The notes under the pieces were generated by a model. The model had not been told where the DNA came from and did not search any database. It worked only from the letters and a program-made list of their open reading frames with translations. A program made the position numbers and the translations under genes. From Candidatus Latescibacterota bacterium (GTDB lineage Bacteria; Latescibacterota; UBA2968), in assembly GCA_965222605.1 (NCBI GenBank), contig OZ244960.1:544001-608000 (forward strand): 64,000 nt of DNA. Reading direction: 5' to 3'. Shown piece after piece: positions 36,172-47,010 of the stretch (position 1 is its first letter; each line of letters starts with the position of its first letter).

Positions 36172-39100
36172 CTACCAGGTCACCCTCAGCCCCGCGAAGA
36201 TCTGTCGGCGCTCGTTCTCAAACCGATTCAATTCACTCACATCTCCAAACTGCTTGAAGAGCGTATCGTCCGGACGGGGCTCCAACAGCCCGAACCGGAG
36301 ATATTCCACAGGGGTCCTCTCTGCCTGGGTGCGCATCAACTGCTGGTTAAACAAATTGTTGATCTCCACATAGAGCAGCGGCCTTATACCCTTGATGTTA
36401 AACCCTTTCTGGAAGCTGATATCCACCGTGTCGCTGGTGGGGCCTTCCCGTTTGGCCTTGATATTGGTGATCGGATCGGTAAAGATGAATATCTGGCCGG
36501 TATAGATCCGGTAGATCAGGTTCAGCCGGATATCTCCAAAGAGCTTACTTCCCCAGAACCTCTCGCCAGGGCCGAAATCGGGTGGGCTGGCATAGATGAG
36601 CACCAGGCTCCCGTTCGTGCGACGAGCGTCGTCCCGGCTCCCCGCGCGCCAGGTTACTGTCTGAAGGGCGTAGAGACCCTGGAGTTGCGCCCTGCTCTCC
36701 TGGGACAATCCGGGCATTTCCCAGAGCTTGAATGTACGCCTGAAGTCCGCACCACTACCCAGTTCCCCGGCGATCAGTTTGTCCACCTGTGTCTGGGCGG
36801 CGGCTTGCAACTTCTCCAGTTCTGCTCCGGTCGGCGACTGGGGAATTTCCTCACCAGTGGTCTGATCGATCGTCCACTTATTCCAGTACCGGGTCGGATC
36901 GCCAATAAACGAGGCATCCGGATAGACGACCACACTGCCGTGACCCGCCTTGGTCCCACCAGTGTCCAGGTGCTCGCCCCACCCCATGTTGATCGCCGCT
37001 TTGAAGGAAAAGTTGTGCTTCAGCCCCTTTTTCAGCGCAAGTTCCAGCCCCCGTGTGGTGGCGTGTCGCTTGGGCCCAAAGGCTCGCGTCTTGCCCTTGG
37101 TGCCCAGCCCGGGATCCCGGAAGTCCCCTGTTTGCACCAGCAAAAACCCGTTGGACACCCGGTAATAGGCCGTGGTCTGAAGGGTGTAATCGCTGATGAA
37201 GTTCCACTCCGTGCCCAGTTCAAACGCCGTACTGATCTGGGTGTCCTGGAAACTGAACACATTGGCTGCAAATGCCGATCCAAACCCATCGTTGGCGAAC
37301 AAATTGTTGTTCTCCTCGGCCGGATCGATCTGTCCATTGCCGTTCTTGTCCAGAGAGGCCTGGCCCGCAGAGATCCAGCGATTCCTGAAGAAGAGTCCAA
37401 ACTCGGGCCGCGTGTGGTACTTCCCGTAGAAGAAGTGAATCTTCGATCTATCCGTAACCGGATGGGAAACCCCCAGCCGGGGCAGGATCCACTGGAGAGG
37501 CTCCATCTTACCCCAGGGCGTATATTTGACAAACCGGGTATAAGACTGGGTCATCGGTGCGGACTGAGTAATGTATAGCGGTACCTCCGCTCCCCAGAAG
37601 CGCTCATAGCGCAATCCCGCATTCACAATCAACCCTTCAAATTCCATTTTGTCCTGAATGTACCCCGTCAACTCCATCGGGGTCATCCCCTCCCGTAGCT
37701 GGCCGCGTTTTCCGTAGTAATACAGTCGGCGGTTCCGGGTCTTGGTATCTTCACGGGCGTCAAAAATACTGTAAGCATCAAATCGGGTCAAATTGAATCC
37801 CGCCTTCAGAAAGTGCCCCCGGGTCACCTGACTGGACAGATCTCCCCGCAGGCTCAAGCGCTTCTGCTCGCCAAGCTGGAACCGGCGCTGCGTGCCCGGC
37901 GTGACGTAGAACCAGGCGTCACTATCCAGATCCGGATCCACCGTCGCAGTCGGAATATCCGAGGTATCCTGCTTGCTTGCATAATACGATAGCCGCACCT
38001 CGTAAAAAGTTCGGGCCGACACGGTTTGTATAAGCGAGGCGTAGAGCATGTTGTCCGAATTTTTTTGGATGCCCCACCTGCTCTCAGTCTCGGGCAGGAA
38101 GATCGATCGGGCGTCGAAACTGGAACTGACCCGACGCTTATTCCACGAATACAACCCGCCCATACGCACCCGCATACTGGTTGAAGCATCGAATGTCACC
38201 TTGTAGCTATTATTCGTGTTAAAAGGCGTACGCTGCTCGGGCTGGGGCAGGCTTTTGGGCTGGAAGTCGTGCTGCGTACTGGTAAAAAAGGCAGCATTTC
38301 TACCGATCGGTCCCGATAACGAGGCCTCCAGAAAATGCCCTCGAACATCGGTATAGTCATCGGACGAGCGCTGATGTACCAGCCTGCCCGAATTATCGGT
38401 CTCCTTGTCCCAGACCGGATCTCCGTAATTCAGGTGGCCCCTGTGGACCGCGCTTTCATAGGCATTGTTCCCCCAGTGCTGCTGTTGCCCGGGCGTAAAC
38501 CGGTAGTGGACCTGTCCGTGATAATCCCGGCCTCCGTCCCGGGTCACAATCTGAATCGATCCGATATTGCCATATTCGGCGTTCAGCCCGCCGGCCAGCA
38601 CCGTGATCTCTGCAATCGCCGACGGATTGACATTGCCCCGCCAGTTTCGGCCGTCCTGCGTGGTCAACCGGATGCCATCTACCATATACTCGGCAACTTC
38701 GCCGTTTCCGGCCGCCCGGTAATAGGCATTCCGGACCCGATCCGTGCCATCTACATTGATCCCGGCTTCCAATTCCACAAAGCTGTCCATCGAGCGAACA
38801 AGGGGCAGAGCGTCAATTTCCTCGGCCGTCACCACATAGCGGCTCTCCGTCACATCGGCCTCCACCGGCGGCCGCTCTGCCACCACGGTCAATTCACCCA
38901 GTTCCAGAGTCGCTTCATTGAGCGTGAAATCCACTTCTGTCGTAATATCTGTCGTGACCCGCACGCCGGTTTTGCTCGCCGGAGTATAGCCGACTATCGA
39001 CGCCTTCATCGTATAACTCCCCGGATCTACGGACAGGATCAAATAGTAGCCATCCCTATCGGTCGTTGCCCCCCGATTCGTGCCTTCTACCACTATGTTC

Positions 39101-39234
39101 ACACCGGGCAGAGGCTCGCCTTTTTGATCGAATACATGGCCGATAATCTTCCCCGTCGTCGCCGCCCCGGCCAGGCTACAGACGCAGAAAACAAAGGCCA
39201 CCGCAAAAATCAAACACAGTCCTCGTTTGTCCAT
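36172..39234 (-). CDS. TonB-dependent receptor (copy 2)
   Basis: Paralog of 12299-15391; GGLNAEYG plug motif, ends GLRVTW; start placed at ATG 39234 downstream of AAGGAG. Confidence 0.9.
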   Translation of the reverse strand: MDKRGLCLIFAVAFVFCVCSLAGAATTGKIIGHVFDQKGEPLPGVNIVVEGTNRGATTDRDGYYLILSVDPGSYTMKASIVGYTPASKTGVRVTTDITTEVDFTLNEATLELGELTVVAERPPVEADVTESRYVVTAEEIDALPLVRSMDSFVELEAGINVDGTDRVRNAYYRAAGNGEVAEYMVDGIRLTTQDGRNWRGNVNPSAIAEITVLAGGLNAEYGNIGSIQIVTRDGGRDYHGQVHYRFTPGQQQHWGNNAYESAVHRGHLNYGDPVWDKETDNSGRLVHQRSSDDYTDVRGHFLEASLSGPIGRNAAFFTSTQHDFQPKSLPQPEQRTPFNTNNSYKVTFDASTSMRVRMGGLYSWNKRRVSSSFDARSIFLPETESRWGIQKNSDNMLYASLIQTVSARTFYEVRLSYYASKQDTSDIPTATVDPDLDSDAWFYVTPGTQRRFQLGEQKRLSLRGDLSSQVTRGHFLKAGFNLTRFDAYSIFDAREDTKTRNRRLYYYGKRGQLREGMTPMELTGYIQDKMEFEGLIVNAGLRYERFWGAEVPLYITQSAPMTQSYTRFVKYTPWGKMEPLQWILPRLGVSHPVTDRSKIHFFYGKYHTRPEFGLFFRNRWISAGQASLDKNGNGQIDPAEENNNLFANDGFGSAFAANVFSFQDTQISTAFELGTEWNFISDYTLQTTAYYRVSNGFLLVQTGDFRDPGLGTKGKTRAFGPKRHATTRGLELALKKGLKHNFSFKAAINMGWGEHLDTGGTKAGHGSVVVYPDASFIGDPTRYWNKWTIDQTTGEEIPQSPTGAELEKLQAAAQTQVDKLIAGELGSGADFRRTFKLWEMPGLSQESRAQLQGLYALQTVTWRAGSRDDARRTNGSLVLIYASPPDFGPGERFWGSKLFGDIRLNLIYRIYTGQIFIFTDPITNIKAKREGPTSDTVDISFQKGFNIKGIRPLLYVEINNLFNQQLMRTQAERTPVEYLRFGLLEPRPDDTLFKQFGDVSELNRFENERRQIFAGLRVTW

Positions 39235-39259
39235 TGACACCATCTCCTTTCTTCTCGGC

Positions 39260-39961
39260 CTACCAGAAATATTTGACCCCCACAATCAGATCGAGTGCCT
39301 GAAGTGGAAAAGCCTTCCTCAATCGCCAGTCCTCCAGAGGACGGAGTTCGCCCAGCATAATATTGAACCGCCCCCGGATATCTATCAGATAATGTTCCGA
39401 CCCAACGATAGTCACGCCACCGCCCAGCGAAAATGTCAGGGCCGCTCGCTTGTCCTTGTAAGGAGAAAGCAAGAGGGTCTGATTCAGGGTCTGCCCCGTC
39501 TGTCCAGAGAAAATCAGCCCCGATACCTCGTGCGAATACCCGTAAAATCCTAGCCCACCCTGCAGGTAGGGCATTGTTCCGCCTTGATTCAAGTCCCGGA
39601 AGTGGACCAGAGCAGTGGCTGAAAAGCTGTGGAACCACATATTCTGGGACGCATTCGGACTCCGGTAATTTTTTTTATCTACCGCCCAGGTGAACTCCCG
39701 GCTGTCCAGGTCTCCGCCCCCCATCTTTGAATAGTGATACTCAATCTCTGCAATCACCCGCTGCGCGGCCGCATAGTTATAGCTCACCCCGAGTTTCGGA
39801 GAAACAGAATACCACTGCTTGAATTTTCCGATCGGAACGTGCGCGCTTCCGAAAAACCCGATCCCCGACTGGCCTTCTTCTAAGGCTCCAGCCGTGGAAA
39901 CCGAGATCAGAACCGCCACAGTGAAGCATAGTGTTCTAAACATCGCTCTCAACATCCGCAT
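39260..39961 (-). CDS. Small outer-membrane beta-barrel protein (copy 2)
   Basis: Paralog of 15414-16112; ends KYFW. Confidence 0.75.
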   Translation of the reverse strand: MRMLRAMFRTLCFTVAVLISVSTAGALEEGQSGIGFFGSAHVPIGKFKQWYSVSPKLGVSYNYAAAQRVIAEIEYHYSKMGGGDLDSREFTWAVDKKNYRSPNASQNMWFHSFSATALVHFRDLNQGGTMPYLQGGLGFYGYSHEVSGLIFSGQTGQTLNQTLLLSPYKDKRAALTFSLGGGVTIVGSEHYLIDIRGRFNIMLGELRPLEDWRLRKAFPLQALDLIVGVKYFW

Positions 39962-40240
39962 AAGCTGGCCCTCCTTTGAGATGGTAAAGAATACAACGCG
40001 GTATCGCACGCAATGCAAATACCTCTTCTTTCTGTGGCTCAATTTATTTTTTTTAAATAGAATTAATTTCTTTCAACTTCTTGTAAATATCAACTTCTAA
40101 TTTTCAGACACAGATACAAAAAAACCATCTATACCACGCCCTCCCGTTGGTCTTTAGACGGTTCTAACTCCACGCTAATAATGATGATAACTTAGTTGGC
40201 TATAATTTCATGAGTGTGAGTTTTTACTTATATCAAACAT

Positions 40241-40270
40241 AATATGCATTGAATTTTCCCCCAATGTCAA
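40241..40270 (-). promoter_or_regulatory. Promoter of the OMP-TBDR-cargo-PorV operon (copy 2)
   Basis: TTGACA-18 bp-CATATT, homologous to 16339-16368. Confidence 0.65.
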
Positions 40271-40287
40271 GCATTTTTTCAACCCTT

Positions 40288-42429
40288 TCACCCGGCCAGC
40301 GAGAACGCGCACACCCGGCTCCAATCGCTCCACACCCCATGTGCATTTCGCGCGCGCACGCGCCAATAATATTGCTCATCCGGGTTCAACAGCCCTGCAA
40401 ACTGCGGTTGCCAGCACGTTTTTCCCGCGTATGCCGTGCGGCTCACATATCGGTCAAAAGTGGGACACACGCACCACCTGAAATCCGAGCATCTGCTCAC
40501 CTGTACGTGATAATCATCCACCTGTGACCCATTTCCCTCAGGCCGTTTCCAGCGAAACTCAAAATCCGTCTGATTCAACTCTGCCCCATCATCGGGAAAC
40601 ACCGGTTCGGGTATATCCGGCGGTTTAATACAGTGCTCCTCCTGCCATCCGTAGATTATCCGAACATTCCGTTTTCCCTTTGTCTCGTCTCGATATTGAA
40701 TGTGATTTTCACCACAGAACAGCGATGGCAAAGATCGCGTTGCACACTGCAAATCTGTATCAAACCAAATTTTATCCACCCCCACATTCTCGACATTCGC
40801 ACCAGCCCACATCGCCACCTGAACATAATATTCATAACGCGGTCCAACCCGCCATCCAGAATCCCAATCTCCCCGCCAGTCGAACAACGCCGGATTCAAA
40901 TACCAGTCCAGATCCACACATGCACTTGCCCGATGTCCCGTTGCCACCCAGACTGACCGCCAGTCCTCTCCATCCCAAGACAGCAACACTTCAAGCCCGT
41001 CTTCCCGGCTCGCCCGTCTGTAGGACAAGCCCACTCGCGCTCCGGCAATTGGATATGGCGAACACACCTTCCAGATCATCCGGGAAACGCGCTGCTCCTG
41101 AGCCGGATGAACAGCCGGCAATCGACTGAATGTTTCCTGCATCACATCCACATGCTGTTCTAACCCCCTCAATGCCAGCGGATTCCGCAGATCGGGCCGA
41201 TAGACCAGCTTGCCATTGGAATACCGCACCTCCGGGTGCAACCGACGCCCCCGCACCACTGTTTTGCCCGCCTGATCCCAATAGCGCACCAACTTTTCGC
41301 CCGGCCGCAAGCGCATCGCCATCGTATGGGGCGGTGGCAACTGCGCCGTATCCTGTTGCACCCGGCCATCTCCTCGCGTCCATGCAGCACTCGGGTTCGG
41401 CGGATACACAAATTCCCGATTCTTGAACTGCGCGCTGTAATAATCCTTCTCCGCCAGATCTTTTCCCGCCAGCCCCAGGTTCCGGTGCGACCTCCTCATC
41501 AAATCTGGATCTCGCGTCAGATCCGCAACACTCGCCACAGTGCGGTTATCGCGTTTTAAAAAAAACACCATCTGATCCGTATCGAGCAAATGCCACGCCC
41601 CATTTGCCCACGCTTCAAAAATCGTATGGCTGCACTGCCGCCCCCGACCGTGTCCATCCAGAATACCGCCAACCCATACCTCGCGCGACTTCACCCCCAT
41701 CACCTCCCCCAGCCGACTCGTGGCAATCGCATATCCAATACACCCTTCAAACCCATACGCGTTAAACAGCTTTACCGGATCACTCACATCGTCATACCAC
41801 GATATCCCGCATCGGCTATCGTAAACCTCGTCCACGACAAACTGCCACAACGCCATCATCCGCTCTTCTTCGCCCAAATCTCGCCCGCCTATCGCTTCTT
41901 TCGCCATCGTCTCCACCGACCACCAATCCCGCTGTCCGTTTGTCACCAGCCACGGATTCACCACATCTGTCTCACCCGTATTCTCGATTACCACATACAG
42001 ATTTGGCTCAAACACCTGATCATAAGGCGGCATGCTCGAATTAGGTCCCGGGCAATACACCTCCGGTCCAAGAGTCACCGCATTCGACTCATCTACATAC
42101 CCACCCACCTGCATCTCAAACACCTCTGTCTTCTGCGTCAGTTCGGCCTGTTTCTCACAAGGCGCACGGGGCACCTGCACCTCAACGGGTTCCATATCCT
42201 TCAACTCGTCCTGAGTTGGATACCTATCAGCACCGATGGCGACATAATAATAAGTCTTCCCCGGTATCAAATCCGCCACATCCACATACCGATCCTCTCG
42301 GGCAACGCCAACTTCCTCAAATACACCTCCTACCCGATCCGCGCGATAGATCCGCACTCCCCGGGCGTCTTTGCAGTCCACCTGCATAGTAACGCAATTG
42401 ACAGCCGTATCCAAAATTTTGAGCGACAT
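40288..42429 (-). CDS. Hypothetical protein with transglutaminase-like Cys-His-Asp core and FN3-like termini
   Basis: 'YGFEGC', 'SHTIFEAWANGAWHLLDTD'; terminal 'YYWRVRARNAHGVWSDWS'; RBS GAGGAGG. Confidence 0.55.
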   Translation of the reverse strand: MSLKILDTAVNCVTMQVDCKDARGVRIYRADRVGGVFEEVGVAREDRYVDVADLIPGKTYYYVAIGADRYPTQDELKDMEPVEVQVPRAPCEKQAELTQKTEVFEMQVGGYVDESNAVTLGPEVYCPGPNSSMPPYDQVFEPNLYVVIENTGETDVVNPWLVTNGQRDWWSVETMAKEAIGGRDLGEEERMMALWQFVVDEVYDSRCGISWYDDVSDPVKLFNAYGFEGCIGYAIATSRLGEVMGVKSREVWVGGILDGHGRGRQCSHTIFEAWANGAWHLLDTDQMVFFLKRDNRTVASVADLTRDPDLMRRSHRNLGLAGKDLAEKDYYSAQFKNREFVYPPNPSAAWTRGDGRVQQDTAQLPPPHTMAMRLRPGEKLVRYWDQAGKTVVRGRRLHPEVRYSNGKLVYRPDLRNPLALRGLEQHVDVMQETFSRLPAVHPAQEQRVSRMIWKVCSPYPIAGARVGLSYRRASREDGLEVLLSWDGEDWRSVWVATGHRASACVDLDWYLNPALFDWRGDWDSGWRVGPRYEYYVQVAMWAGANVENVGVDKIWFDTDLQCATRSLPSLFCGENHIQYRDETKGKRNVRIIYGWQEEHCIKPPDIPEPVFPDDGAELNQTDFEFRWKRPEGNGSQVDDYHVQVSRCSDFRWCVCPTFDRYVSRTAYAGKTCWQPQFAGLLNPDEQYYWRVRARNAHGVWSDWSRVCAFSLAG

Positions 42430-42537
42430 CTCTGATCCTCCTCTGATCAAAGCAGAAAATCGCTTGATGGATCATCCACAGGCATGTTATATTCCCTCAA
42501 ATCTTCCCTCTAACCTCCCAATCTCAGGAGACACGCC

Positions 42538-43599
42538 ATGAAACTCGTCGAAACCGATCCCAACTCCGGCGCTGAAATCTACCAGCTCATCGACGATCCC
42601 CGCCCCGCCGATAACATCTATGGCGAACAACCCTATTCCTCGGCAGATGGGAACCGCGTCACAATTCGATATTATCCCAAAAATGGTCAGGACGGTGGCC
42701 TATCCTTCCTCGACCTTGCAGACGGTAGCCTCCACACTGTACTCGCCGAAGCACCCCATTTCCCCGCCTTTCACGCCTGGGGCGAACACCTCTACTACCA
42801 TCAGCAAGACGGGGACGCGCTCGTACTCAGACGCTGCAACTATCAAACCCTGAAAAAAGACGACATCACATCTTTGCCGATCGAAGAGGGTCGATTCAGC
42901 TACGGCACCACTTCCCAGGACGGACAATACTACGCTGCCAGTGTCCATCCCGAAGAAGGCTCGAGCAAAGTCTGGTGTACAGACCTCTCAACCGGAAAAT
43001 GCGGCACCCTTGCCCAACGGGACGACTACCACTTCAAACACGAGCAATTCTCCCTCGACGGCAACAACCGCATCCTCATTCAAGCCAACAAAATGCCCGA
43101 CGTCAAATTCGTCCACCTGGGTGCCCTTGAACCCGACCGCGAAGGCATCACATGGTTTCCCGTTGATCGCCCACACACGCCGCGGCCCACCGGCCACGAA
43201 GCGTGGATCGGCACAACCGACAACATCTTCATCTCCACTGGACAAGACGAAGACAGCGAGGGGAACGTCTGGACTGCGGGCTTACGCGACAATGCGCCAA
43301 ACCTGGTCAGCAAAACTCCCCATCGTTTCGGTCACGTCAGCGTCTCCCGCTGTGGTCGATACTGGATCGGAGACGCCACCCAGGAAGAAAACATCCCCAT
43401 CCACATCGGTTCCCTCGAATCGGGTCGTCACAAATGCCTCGTCCTCAGCCGCACCGAACACGACAGCAACCAGTGGTCTCACACCCATCCTTACATGACC
43501 TCTGACAATGCGTGGCTCATCTACACCTCTAACCGCAACGGTCACCCTCAGGTCTATGGTGCAAAAATCCCACAGGAGATCCTGAATAGCCTTTCGTAA
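42538..43599 (+). CDS. Oligogalacturonate lyase (Ogl)-like beta-propeller protein
   Basis: 'DPNSGAEIYQL', 'GHEAW', 'HTHPYMTSDNAWLIYTSNRNGHPQVY'. Confidence 0.65.
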   Translation: MKLVETDPNSGAEIYQLIDDPRPADNIYGEQPYSSADGNRVTIRYYPKNGQDGGLSFLDLADGSLHTVLAEAPHFPAFHAWGEHLYYHQQDGDALVLRRCNYQTLKKDDITSLPIEEGRFSYGTTSQDGQYYAASVHPEEGSSKVWCTDLSTGKCGTLAQRDDYHFKHEQFSLDGNNRILIQANKMPDVKFVHLGALEPDREGITWFPVDRPHTPRPTGHEAWIGTTDNIFISTGQDEDSEGNVWTAGLRDNAPNLVSKTPHRFGHVSVSRCGRYWIGDATQEENIPIHIGSLESGRHKCLVLSRTEHDSNQWSHTHPYMTSDNAWLIYTSNRNGHPQVYGAKIPQEILNSLS

Positions 43600-43705
43600 T
43601 CTACCCCAAAAACCGCCGCAACACATTTGTCGAAATATCAGACACCGCCTCGCTCACCAGCAGCGAACTGATATAAGTAATCGATCCTGTAGAGAACACG
43701 GCGCC

Positions 43706-45673
43706 TCACCACCCGTGCACCCCATGTCCCGCATCTGGAAACCAGATTATATCCACCACCTTCGAGACCCCAATCCCAAACAAATACCCCACAATCGCCC
43801 CGTACCAAAACGGCAACGACCGCCGGTAAAGACTCACGCCCCCAAGCCGGATGACAATCGTCTTCATCAACCACACGATCAGCAGACAAAAACCGTATCG
43901 CCCCACAGGCAAAGCAATCGCCGCCGGATGAAACGGCCACCAGGCCACCCGCGCCTTCAAATAAGTCAGCACCCCTGCCTCTGCAAACCCAAAAAACCAC
44001 ACCCCCAACTTCTGCGGATCGAACACCGTCAGCTTGCTCCCCTCAATCAGCGACACCCTGCCCATCAGCACACCCCAGTCCCACAGCGCCATATGCCCGT
44101 TCAGACCGCCCTCGGTATAACACCGGTAAAGCTGCGCGCCCACAGAAGCCACAAAACCCGTCAAAAACGCCACCGGGATACACCCCCAGATCAGCGGATG
44201 TCGCCGCAAATGGTCTCCCAGCATCCGAAAAAAATGCGTCACCGAGGGGATACACGTAATCCGAATCGGCACCCCGCAAAGCGCGTTGCTATTCACCAGC
44301 CAGATAGACGTCTGTGTCGCAGGTGGTAGATTCGACGTTCCGCCCAGCGCCAGAAGCACATCGGCTCCTTTTCCACCCGCAGGAGACAAAAAAATAAATC
44401 CAGTAGTCGCCGCGTATTTGGTAATCCCAAAAAAGCAGATAAATAACAATAGCAACTGCACCAGCATCACGGGAACCCGCATCCCGGCAGACACCATCCA
44501 TCCCCCCAAAAACACCGCCGAAGCCAACAACCCCAGCCACGCCGTGCGGTAAGAAACCGGCGTTCCGTCATCGTCCCCGCGCCCCCTTTCAAACGCCTTT
44601 TGCAGCGTCTCACGCAAATGCCCTCTGGCAACCCATACCGACCAGCCCACCAGAAAAACCAGCGCCCCGTGCGATTCCAGCATCGCGATCTCGCCGCCCA
44701 TCGCCGGCTGCCCGGGCAAACCCACTGTAAACCCCGTGCGGTTCAGTAACCCCTTTTTCAAAATATTCACAAAATCGTAAAACCAGAAACTGAACAAAAT
44801 ATCCAGCGGGCACAAATACGCCAGCCCCATAATCATCGGCTGCACCCGCAAAAAATAATCCGGAAAATGATGTCCCAGAGGCACGGCTTTGTACGTGGTC
44901 GAATAAAACAGGGTAATAGGCGGAAAGCTGAGGGCGAAATACCCGATGATATTCCAGCCAATAATCCCCGCCACAAACCCAAATCCCATCCAGAACACCT
45001 TATTCTTAAACACATCCGGCACGCGGCTGCCCGCGGACTGCCTGAGCATATCCATCGGGAATGTCGCCATCGGAAAAACCAGCCGCTCCTTCTCGTGCCA
45101 CTGTTTATAAAAAATCACACTCGAAAAAAAACCCGCTCCAACCAGCGACAAACACGCCATCAACCACCAGAACAGCGGCCGCACCCAGGCCAACCACGGG
45201 ATAGCCCCATCCACCTGCACCCCGGTAAACAACTGCCCGATCACCGCCTCCGATTCCTCTGGAAACAGCCAGTCCGGGAAATAGGGCATCACCACCTCTC
45301 GCATCCGGTTCTCAGGAGAAGCGTAGTGAGCCGGAGCCGCAATATCGGTCACCATATACATCGCCCACCCGATACCCGGCAAATTCCCCACCAACCACAC
45401 CATGAAAAACACCGTCAGCATCTCCATCCGGGACAGTGCCCACCGCCGCGCGAAAAGCTTCAACACCGTATTGATCCCCAGCCACACCACAAATGGCAAA
45501 GCCACAGCTACGGGCATATAATTCTTCACCAGACTCCGCCCGAAATAGGACATGAAAAGCGCCATCCCCACAATCGTGAACACACCGATCACCAGCGCGC
45601 GAGCCGTCACCCGTTCACGGAGTGCCCCGGCCCGTTCTTCCACCGACTGCTTTTCATCGGTAGCAAGGCTCAT
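43706..45673 (-). CDS. DUF6785/DUF6784-type polytopic membrane protein (putative transporter)
   Basis: Many TM segments; 'QWHEKERLVFPM', 'WWPFHP', 'GGVSLYRR'. Confidence 0.8.
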   Translation of the reverse strand: MSLATDEKQSVEERAGALRERVTARALVIGVFTIVGMALFMSYFGRSLVKNYMPVAVALPFVVWLGINTVLKLFARRWALSRMEMLTVFFMVWLVGNLPGIGWAMYMVTDIAAPAHYASPENRMREVVMPYFPDWLFPEESEAVIGQLFTGVQVDGAIPWLAWVRPLFWWLMACLSLVGAGFFSSVIFYKQWHEKERLVFPMATFPMDMLRQSAGSRVPDVFKNKVFWMGFGFVAGIIGWNIIGYFALSFPPITLFYSTTYKAVPLGHHFPDYFLRVQPMIMGLAYLCPLDILFSFWFYDFVNILKKGLLNRTGFTVGLPGQPAMGGEIAMLESHGALVFLVGWSVWVARGHLRETLQKAFERGRGDDDGTPVSYRTAWLGLLASAVFLGGWMVSAGMRVPVMLVQLLLLFICFFGITKYAATTGFIFLSPAGGKGADVLLALGGTSNLPPATQTSIWLVNSNALCGVPIRITCIPSVTHFFRMLGDHLRRHPLIWGCIPVAFLTGFVASVGAQLYRCYTEGGLNGHMALWDWGVLMGRVSLIEGSKLTVFDPQKLGVWFFGFAEAGVLTYLKARVAWWPFHPAAIALPVGRYGFCLLIVWLMKTIVIRLGGVSLYRRSLPFWYGAIVGYLFGIGVSKVVDIIWFPDAGHGVHGW

Positions 45674-45692
45674 ATCCCAACGCTCTCAGTCA

Positions 45693-46958
45693 TCACAATT
45701 GCTCCAGCAATCCCAAAGCCACATCGACAATCTGCTCGCCACAGCCCGGCGCAAAGACGCTTGCTTCCGGCTCGTATCCCCCTTCTTCATAAGACTGCCT
45801 CGTCGGCAAATAACCCACCGAATCATTGGCCAATTCGATCACTATCGTCTGAGAAAATGGAGACCGGGCTTTCAGATCCAATCCCAACTCCACCATCAAT
45901 TCCCCCGGCACTGCCACAATGCCCAGGTCCCCAATGCGAAGTGCCTGCACCCACGTCCGCACCCGATCCGGTACATCGGCCATGCGTTTGGTCACCCGCC
46001 GCACAAAAGCGCGTTCGGCCATCGTGGGCCGCTCCATATCTTCAATCTCCCTCACCCTCTCCAGGTCGGCCTCTGAAGGCTTTGACTTGCGCGCCAGAAC
46101 CACCTCTTGCATCGCCGCTCCGAGAGACACATCGGCTGCAAAATCCATCTCATTCCACACCCACAGGACACCCGCAGCAATCAAACCCGCCACCCGTTCT
46201 GCATGCAAAAAACGGTCTTTCACAGGGCGCGTCTCCCCCAGCACATCTATATTGTTGATATCTCCACACGCACCATTTGAAAGCGCCGCGACAAAAGAGG
46301 CGTCTCGCATCCGCTGAATCAGTGTTGAAAAAACCCCAAAATAATCCGCGGAAATCGAATACGTAGATTCGGGCACACCGATATAATGCAGCGCGTAATT
46401 GGCCAGCAAACCAATCGCCTCCCCGTCAACGCCCTGAAAACAAATCGCGCCGATCTCCGGATCAATCGGCCCCATTGGTGCCACCACATCGGGATTGCCC
46501 ACCCCCGGATTCGTACGCACCGACCCATCGCTCATGCGATAGCGGCGGTTAAAAACCACGCGGTCCTCCAATGTACGCCCAAACCCCATCGTCGCTGGCT
46601 TTCGGCTCTGCCACGCCAACCTGACCGCATCGGCGATCCGATCAATCAAAAACGCCGTATAAGCATCATCGCCCGTAGCCGCCCCCGTGTGCGTATGCGT
46701 GCAAGAAATCAAAACCCGTTCCGCACTCAGTTCCGTCTCCGCAGCAATCCGTTCCTTAGCGCGGTCCAGATAATCTCGCTTTACCCCGAGCAAATCGCAC
46801 ACCACAATCGCCACACCTTCTCCTCCTCGTTCCACCACAAAACTTCGCACATGCAATGGATCGCGCACCTTCTCGGCAAACCGATCCTGAAACGATCCCG
46901 GAATCATCGTGCCCAGCGGTGGTGTAATATCCAGACATGCAACTCCTGCAGTGATCAT
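45693..46958 (-). CDS. Neutral/alkaline ceramidase N-terminal-like amidohydrolase
   Basis: 'AGVACLDITPP', 'SCTHTHTG', 'NYALH', 'ISADYFG', 'GACGDIN', 'GYLPT...GGYE'. Confidence 0.8.
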   Translation of the reverse strand: MITAGVACLDITPPLGTMIPGSFQDRFAEKVRDPLHVRSFVVERGGEGVAIVVCDLLGVKRDYLDRAKERIAAETELSAERVLISCTHTHTGAATGDDAYTAFLIDRIADAVRLAWQSRKPATMGFGRTLEDRVVFNRRYRMSDGSVRTNPGVGNPDVVAPMGPIDPEIGAICFQGVDGEAIGLLANYALHYIGVPESTYSISADYFGVFSTLIQRMRDASFVAALSNGACGDINNIDVLGETRPVKDRFLHAERVAGLIAAGVLWVWNEMDFAADVSLGAAMQEVVLARKSKPSEADLERVREIEDMERPTMAERAFVRRVTKRMADVPDRVRTWVQALRIGDLGIVAVPGELMVELGLDLKARSPFSQTIVIELANDSVGYLPTRQSYEEGGYEPEASVFAPGCGEQIVDVALGLLEQL

Positions 46959-47010
46959 AGAACTCTCCTTTAAAAAAATCCTACGCCTTCCCCATTGCTT
47001 GCAGCGAGCG

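Noticed and set aside
6060-40290. Cassette duplication as an assembly artefact
   Set aside because: The copies differ extensively in DNA and protein sequence and have different terminators and intergenic hairpins, so they are true paralogs.
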